Of a DNA stretch of 64,000 nt, positions 60,085 through 64,000 are shown in pieces. Source of the stretch: Vitrella brassicaformis CCMP3155 (Eukaryota > Protista > Chromerida); assembly GCA_001179505.1 (NCBI GenBank), contig CDMY01000289.1, forward strand, positions 68,839-132,838, written 5' to 3'. Under the pieces are notes generated by a model, which was not told where the DNA came from, made no database searches, and was given only the letters and a program-made list of their open reading frames with translations. Position 1 is the first letter of the stretch. The number at the start of each line of letters is the position of its first letter. Made by a program: the position numbers and the translations under genes.

Positions 60085-61384
60085 ATGAATTGGCTGCTTC
60101 AGCCAGAGCCGGGCGCCGTGTGCCGCTTCTGCCACTCATGTGACGACACTGTTGAGAGCGGCATACTCATTGCGCCATGCGGCTGCAGGGGCACTCTCAG
60201 ATGGGTGCATACGAGCTGCCTGGAAAACTGGCGGAAACCGGCCGGCGGAACAGGTGGGTGTTCAGAGGGAAGGAGAGCGCATTTCATTTCAACTCGCAGG
60301 TCGGTCTGCTTTCTTCTCCGTCTCCAGGCAGGGCGAAGTCGACGTGTGAGGTGTGTCTGAGGTTCGCTACAGAAGGAGAAGAGAAGGCTGCTTCGTGGAT
60401 GGCTTCTGTGCGTTCGCTCAGGGGGTATCACCTTGGGCCGCTTGGTCCGTTCTGTCTGCCGGTCGGCCTCATCCCCGACGCCCTCTTCTCTCTCGCCTAC
60501 AGCCTGATGGCCTGTCTGCCGGTGGCTATGGCAATCCTACACAGCTGCGACAGAAGCAACATGCTCGCCAGAGCTCTCCCTGTCTGTCATTTGGTCCCCA
60601 TCGTCATCATAGTCGGTCTCACTCTTGCCGCCTTCGACTGGTTGGGGGGGCAACAGCATGGGGGCAGTGGTTCATTGAGGTGTGGTCTGCGGATGGCTAT
60701 CGCGCTGATTGTGGTGGCCGCCGGGACCCCCCGGGTGCTCGGCAAGGACTTCTGCACGTTTGCAGCAGGGGGATTCCGCGTCTTGGGTGCCCATTTGGCA
60801 GTATGCGACAATGGGGCGCGTCCCTTCCGTAGAGTGGTGGCAGCTTGTCTTGTGTTACTCATACTGTCGCTCGCCTTGCTGCCTTATGGTCTGTTGAAAG
60901 GAGACAAGGTGCACCAGGCCACACGAGAGGCGCTGTTGCAGCTTCAGCACCGCCGTGCTGCTGATCCTGGTGGACTCCTTATAGGCATGGTGTCGCTTTA
61001 CATAAGAGAGGGGTCCTACTATCTCATGATCGCGGTGTGGTCTCTGACCCCTCTGGTGGTTGCGGCATGTTGTGGAGCCGGTGGGGCCTGTCGCTCATCC
61101 CGCCCTACTTGATTGTCGCGCTGCTGGTCGCCATCTCTGTGTGGAAGCGGCGGGCGATTGACCAGCTGATGGAGGCGAGTGGACTGTATTCAACGATCCC
61201 CGCTTCTTGTATCGTTGCCATCTTCGGCGGCGTCTTCCAGGATCTCCTCCATTCGGCTCTCTTTCGCCGGTCCTGGTGGATATTTGAGGATCTCACGCAG
61301 TATGATCTGACTGGCTTTGGCCTACTGATGTGGTTCCCCATCGCGACAATGGTCATCTGGGAGGCGCATTGGCGGGAAACTTGA
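60085..61384 (+). CDS. RINGv (C4HC3, MARCH/DOA10-type) multi-pass membrane E3 ligase, paralog 1; apparent 1-nt frameshift near 61050-61090
   Basis: VCRFCHSCDDTVESGILIAPCGCRGTLRWVHTSCLENW...STCEVC followed by multiple TM helices. Homology to paralog 2 continues in a shifted frame (SLIPPYLIVALLVAISVWKR). Confidence 0.85.
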
Positions 61385-62187
61385 AATGTGGGTTCTACTG
61401 CAGCGAGCACGTCTGGTACTGACGTGACTTGATCTCGCCCTGTGTGTGTATGTGATGTATGCAGTGTGCTGGCCCTCACTCGACTACTCGACGACCATCT
61501 GCGTGCGGGCGGATAGGATTAGCGTATTTGTGTCCATTTGTATGTGCGTCTGCGTGTGTGTATTCGTATTTGTGAGGATGGGAATCGATAGGGCTGTTAG
61601 AGTGGACTCAGTGCACAAAGGTGGGGCGTGGATAGAAAGCCAGGAAGCATTTTTGGCCTGTCTCACGTTAAACTTTCTTGCCGTTCTTGTTTGCGCTTTG
61701 TTTTGTCGGTGGGTCGGTTTGCGCGGCTGGGTGCTGTCAATTGTTTGTCTGATTCGCATAATGTCGTCGCCCGCCCGCTTGATTCCACTGGCAGAAACCT
61801 CGCCGCATACAAATGCCTCCCGCAGTCACAGTGAAGTCATGGCTAGGCAGGTAGAAATATACAGAGACACATGACTGAAGATGGCTAGGCGCAGGCCGCC
61901 CCACCGCTCCACCCCTCTCCGCATACAAGTTCCTCACTCAACAGGCAAGTCGACACGAGGCACACAAATATACCTGTCTCCCCACAAGCCATTCGCCCCG
62001 CCGAACAGGCTGCCTTCCTACGTCAGCCAGCATCACCTCCACACAGCCACAGGAGCCGTTCCAGAATTATTGTGGGTGTCGGCTATAAGCCGGGGCGCAG
62101 GTGATCGAACAGTCGTCCAAAGAAAGTGGCCATACTGCACACACACAGCGGTGTAAGAGCACGTGACAGTACCCACTTGATATGTGC

Positions 62188-63555
62188 TCACTTGCCAGCG
62201 CCAGGTATGCAAAGGCCCACGACAATGTTGAAAGGCGTCCAGAGCACCAGCATCCAGAGGCCCATGTTGTCATATGCCTCCAGCGCCCCCACCATCGACA
62301 GGCACCAGCGGACGATAACATTCGCAACAAGATGTGGAGCGGCAGCCAAGGCGAGAAGAGCGATAGCCGAGAAGAAACCTGCGAGCGCGTCTGTAAAGAG
62401 TCGAAGCTCCTCCGCCACCTTTCCAATCGCCGGCCGCTTCCACACACTCACCGCCACCAGCAGGGCAACCACGAAATGCGGCGGGATCAATGACGGGCCG
62501 ATCTTGCCCAGAATCACCTCCCAAAACACAATGTGCGTCAGAGACCAAATGGCTATCAGTATGTAGTAAGCCCCCTCCCGCACATACAGCGACTCCATGG
62601 CCACAATCGATCCACCAGCAGCAGCAGCATCAGAACCACGTCGGTGCCGCAACCGCAATAGCGCCTCTCGTGTGGCCTGATGCACCTTGGCGCCCTTGAT
62701 AAGGCAGTAGAGCAGGAACACATGAGACGCCACGAACAAAGGACAATAAAACAACCCCACTTTGGCGAGGGAAAACGCCCCATCGTCGCATGTGGCCAAG
62801 TGCGCAGCTAATATGTCATCCACTTCGGTCCAGCTGTGGCTGCCGAGCACTCGTAGCGCCCCAGCAGCCGTCGCAATAAGCGCGATAGCCATCCGCAGAC
62901 GACACCGAAGCGAAGAGCTGCCCCCATGCAGTCGCCCCGCCAGCCAGTCGAAGGCGGCGAGAGTGAGGCCGATCACGATGGCCGTCGGGATCACGAAATG
63001 GAGAGGGAGAGCTCTGGCGAGTATGTTGCTCCTGTCGCAGCTACAGATGGTTCCCAGCAGCAGCGGCAGACAGGCCAGCAGACTGTAGGCGAGAGCGAAG
63101 AGGGCGTCGGGGATGAGGCCGACAGGCAGACAGAACGGGCCACGCGGCCCGACGTCATAAAGGCTGAAGAACCAGACACAAAGCGATAGGCAACACACAT
63201 CCATGAGCAAGCCCCTCTCTCCTCTAGGTCGGTGTATCGGTGTGGTGTGTGCATACTGTCGACACAGGTCACAAGTCGACTTCACCCTGCCTGAAGCACA
63301 CATGTGCCGTGCCATGAGCCTCATGTGACAATGAAACCACCCCGCCCTCCTCCCATCCCTTCTCATCTCTCAGTGCCCACCTGATCCGCTGCTCGGCTGT
63401 CGCCATTCTTTGAGGCACGCTTTGTGCACCCATTTGAGAGTGCCCTTGCAGCCACATGGCGCGATGAGTATGCCGATCTCAGGAGTCTCGTCAGAAGCAT
63501 CATGGCAGAAGCGGCACACAGCAGCCGGCTCAGGCTGAGCCAGCAAAGACAGCAT
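62188..63555 (-). CDS. RINGv (MARCH-type) multi-pass membrane E3 ligase, paralog 2; may splice on to further 3' exons below 62188
   Basis: VCRFCHDASDETPEIGILIAPCGCKGTLKWVHKACLKEW...STCDLC; GPFCLPVGLIPDALF is identical in paralog 1; many TM helices. Confidence 0.9.
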
Positions 63556-64000
63556 CGCCTTGCTCTGCTGGCTGCCGTGAGTGGCTCAAGGACCTGACAG
63601 ACAGGCAGACACTTCAAAATTCATTCATCGTCATGAGATGCTTCCAGCACGTATGCATCCTCACTCACCGGAAATCGATTTCGAAAGGGGCGATATGGGC
63701 GAGCTTGAAGCAGAGAGAGCGGTTTCTGATGAGGCTGTAGTTGGTTTTCTTGTGCTCTGCTCAGACCATCCGAAGGAGATGGCCTAGATCAACACAGGTT
63801 GACTCAAGTATGGGGACTCGAGAGCGATTGAATGGATGAACGTCTGTCGTGAAAGTCCTCAGGCAGTGCCGGTCATGCAGCGAGCTCAACCAATGGGCGC
63901 TGTGAGCGTTGACAAGGCAGGGAACTGCCGCTGCCAAACTCGCAGACGACCGGCAAAAGCAAAGCACGTCTGAGGACATCGCATGCACAGCCAGGCAGCC

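Noticed and set aside
61575-61874. Hydrophobic ORF downstream of MARCH paralog 1
   Set aside because: Could be a further TM exon, but no in-frame splice connection could be established, and it has no counterpart recognised in paralog 2.
63574-63590. CCGTGAGTGGCTCAAG resembling the dinoflagellate spliced leader end (TGGCTCAAG)
   Set aside because: Only a 9-nt match, on the strand opposite the adjacent gene, with no SL-RNA donor or Sm-site context.
1-64000. Hundreds of short overlapping ORFs rich in CVCVC, THTHT and DGWMDG
   Set aside because: These are translations of intronic (TG)n, (CA)n and (GGAT)n microsatellites or antisense shadows of real exons.

Overview
Eukaryotic, GC-rich, intron-dense genomic DNA. 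Short GT-AG introns packed with (TG)n, (CA)n, (GACA)n and (GGAT)n repeats, plus an apicomplexan-type HDAC signature, point to a chromerid alveolate, most likely Vitrella brassicaformis (inferred, not database-checked). Most ORFs in the supplied track are exon-plus-intron read-throughs or spurious. Gene models were assembled by eye from splice sites, so boundaries are approximate. Recognisable genes: two head-to-head membrane-anchored RBR E3 ligases, a SET-domain methyltransferase, a class I HDAC (11 exons), a calmodulin-like EF-hand protein, ketopantoate reductase, a class I SAM methyltransferase, a BTB/POZ protein and two tail-to-tail RINGv/MARCH E3 ligases. There are also several lineage-specific F-box-like and low-complexity proteins, an inverted duplication (11.3/17.1 kb), a direct two-gene duplication (28.7/31.2 kb) and a 300-N assembly gap. 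The most novel-looking signals are (i) introns with (AC)-rich 5' ends and (TG)-rich 3' ends that could base-pair and stand in for a polypyrimidine tract, (ii) a 24-bp double AAACCCT element upstream of unrelated genes, (iii) a spliced 153-aa Trp/Arg-rich orphan gene absent from the ORF track as a whole, and (iv) a concentration of duplicated ubiquitin-ligase components. No CRISPR, rRNA, tRNA or autonomous transposon could be supported.
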